Below, piece after piece: positions 56,861-64,000 of a stretch of 64,000 nt of DNA. The notes under the pieces are model-generated. The model worked only from the letters and a program-made list of their open reading frames with translations, did no database searches and was not told where the DNA came from. Each line of letters starts with the position of its first letter. Positions within the stretch are counted from its first letter, which is position 1. The position numbers and the translations under genes are program-made. This DNA comes from Eledone cirrhosa (Eukaryota): contig OZ024756.1 of assembly GCA_964016885.1 (NCBI GenBank), positions 44,578,001-44,642,000 on the forward strand, given 5' to 3'.

Positions 56861-57447
56861 CATATAGATACATGGATATTAATGTTTCCAACAACAGTTT
56901 CGTATTTACAGAGTGGAATGGATGCGACATAGATTTCAAGAGAATTGTACAATAATTAAAATTAAAAATTAAAATTTAAAAAGGCACAGAATGGAATGCA
57001 TGCGACAGAGATTAGTATAACAATTAGAGACATTAAGGTAGAAAGTTATTCGTGAAACGAGGACACTAGCAGTACATATGCGAGGGTATAGAAAGTGCAA
57101 ATGCAATAGGCATATACAGGAAGGAAACAAACAATGGTACTAGGCATATATAATTTCTGCGAGGCAAAGGTATCACATAAAATAACATATGTTTACAAGC
57201 AGGCAAAGCTGTTTTTGTATTAAAATTATTAGTTTATGGTGGATGTAGTGTCGTAATTGTTTCTGTAATGTTCAGATGTGTATGTGCTGAGAGTATCAAT
57301 GTTATTGCTATTTTTTCCATCACATTGGCTATGTTTTATTTTAGTGAATGTTTTTAATCAGTGACAGCCATGGATTGTATACCGGTCCTAAAATATTGTT
57401 ATCCGGGATTCGATTTGTTGTGGAGTGGTTCCTCTAACGGTTTAATA

Positions 57448-57480
<33 letters not shown>

Positions 57481-57483
<3 letters not shown>

Positions 57484-57944
57484 AAAAAATGAAATTTCAT
57501 TTCTCACTCTTAGTACGGCTGATACTTAAATGTAAGTATGTATACGTACATACATATATGCATGCAGACGTTCAGCAGTATGTATATACATACATACATG
57601 CACACATATATATATGTACGTATGGGTTTACCGAACATTTATTATAATGTTCGGTTTGTTTGTAAACAAACAGCCCGAATTAAGACGTACAGTGTTCGGC
57701 AACCATCGTTGCCATTTTGTTCAACAATGACAAAGGAACGATGAACCAGTTTCGAGCTTCTTATTTGTCATCAGCACCGTATACCTTCCTGTCAGATGAT
57801 TGAACGTTTGAAAGTATATACTTTCCTTATGCATATTAACGGCTGAGCAGCCTAATTTGCATATCGAGTGAGTTAGTCGGCCGGGCGCATCGAAAACGAT
57901 GAATGGAAAAAATGAAATTTCATTTCTCACTCTTAGTACGGCTG
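57481..57944 (-). mobile_element. retrozyme-like element: 41-bp terminal direct repeats and an internal hammerhead (57739-57779)
   Basis: TGGAAAAAATGAAATTTCATTTCTCACTCTTAGTACGGCTG at 57481 and 57904. Minus-strand CGGTG-CTGATGA-...-GAAAC-tg-GTT-CATCG. Confidence 0.6.
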
Positions 57945-58189
57945 TACGGAATAATTCGGACTGTTGTGTTCGTACTGTTGGTAGAGATTGTAGTATAAGT
58001 TATTGTAACGACGTTGTTGGTTCTAGTTGTGACGCTGTGCTGTAGGATAAATGTTGTTGTGATATAAATATTGTGATGTGGCCTAAATGTTGTTGTGTCG
58101 AATAAGAGTTGTGTTGGTGCTGTGATGTGGAATAAGAGTCGAGGTGTTGTCGTGTGAGGTAAGAATTATTGTGGTGCTGTGGTGTGGGG

Positions 58190-58360
58190 TAAGTGTTATA
58201 ATGGCGTGGGGTAAGAGATATTGTGGAGTGGGGTAAGGGTTGTTGTGGAGTGGGGTAAGAATTACTGTGGTGTGGTGTGGGGTAAGGGTTGTTGTGGAGT
58301 GGAGTAAGGGTTGTTGTGGTGTGGGGTAAGAATTACTGTGGTGTGGTGTGGGGTAAGTGT
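58190..58360. repeat. G-rich 21-26 bp minisatellite (GGGGTAAG.....TGTGG.GT)
   Basis: Directly visible. Confidence 0.8.
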
Positions 58361-58439
58361 TATTTGTTTAATGTGATTGATTACGGTGTAATGTATCATT
58401 GTAAAGTTTCTTTCATAAATTAAAATAATACAATCTTTA

Positions 58440-63790
<5,351 letters not shown>

Positions 63791-63829
63791 TATATATATA
63801 TATTCATATATATATATATATGGAGGAGG

Positions 63830-63890
<61 letters not shown>

Positions 63891-63923
63891 TATATATATA
63901 TTCATATATATATATATCATATA

Positions 63924-63987
<64 letters not shown>

Positions 63988-64000
63988 TATATATATTCAT

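Noticed and set aside
57481-57944. LTR retrotransposon or TRIM
   Set aside because: Repeats are only 41 bp, lack a CA end, and no PBS or PPT is evident.

Overview
Eukaryotic, very AT-rich and microsatellite-saturated DNA. The SINE and repeat complement resembles an octopod cephalopod (inference). The only host gene found is a + strand soluble guanylate cyclase subunit: three phase-compatible exons (5863-5984, 6341-6530, 21141-21711) encode H-NOX and PAS (HNOBA) regions. It looks alpha-like but keeps the proximal-His motif. The rest of the window appears intronic. It contains Penelope-like elements (PLEs: a Naiad-type and a Neptune-type RT+GIY-YIG copy), R4/Dong-like RLE LINEs stacked in an (AAT)n tract, a near-complete RTE LINE, tRNA/Nin-domain SINEs, a small Helitron and G-rich minisatellites. 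The most striking unannotated signal is roughly 20 type I hammerhead-ribozyme motifs from many unrelated families. Most sit in short non-coding inserts, often fold-back, embedded in (TA)n tracts, and several have non-canonical cores; one insert is retrozyme-like with terminal direct repeats. All calls were made by eye; no database search or folding program was run, and element boundaries are approximate.
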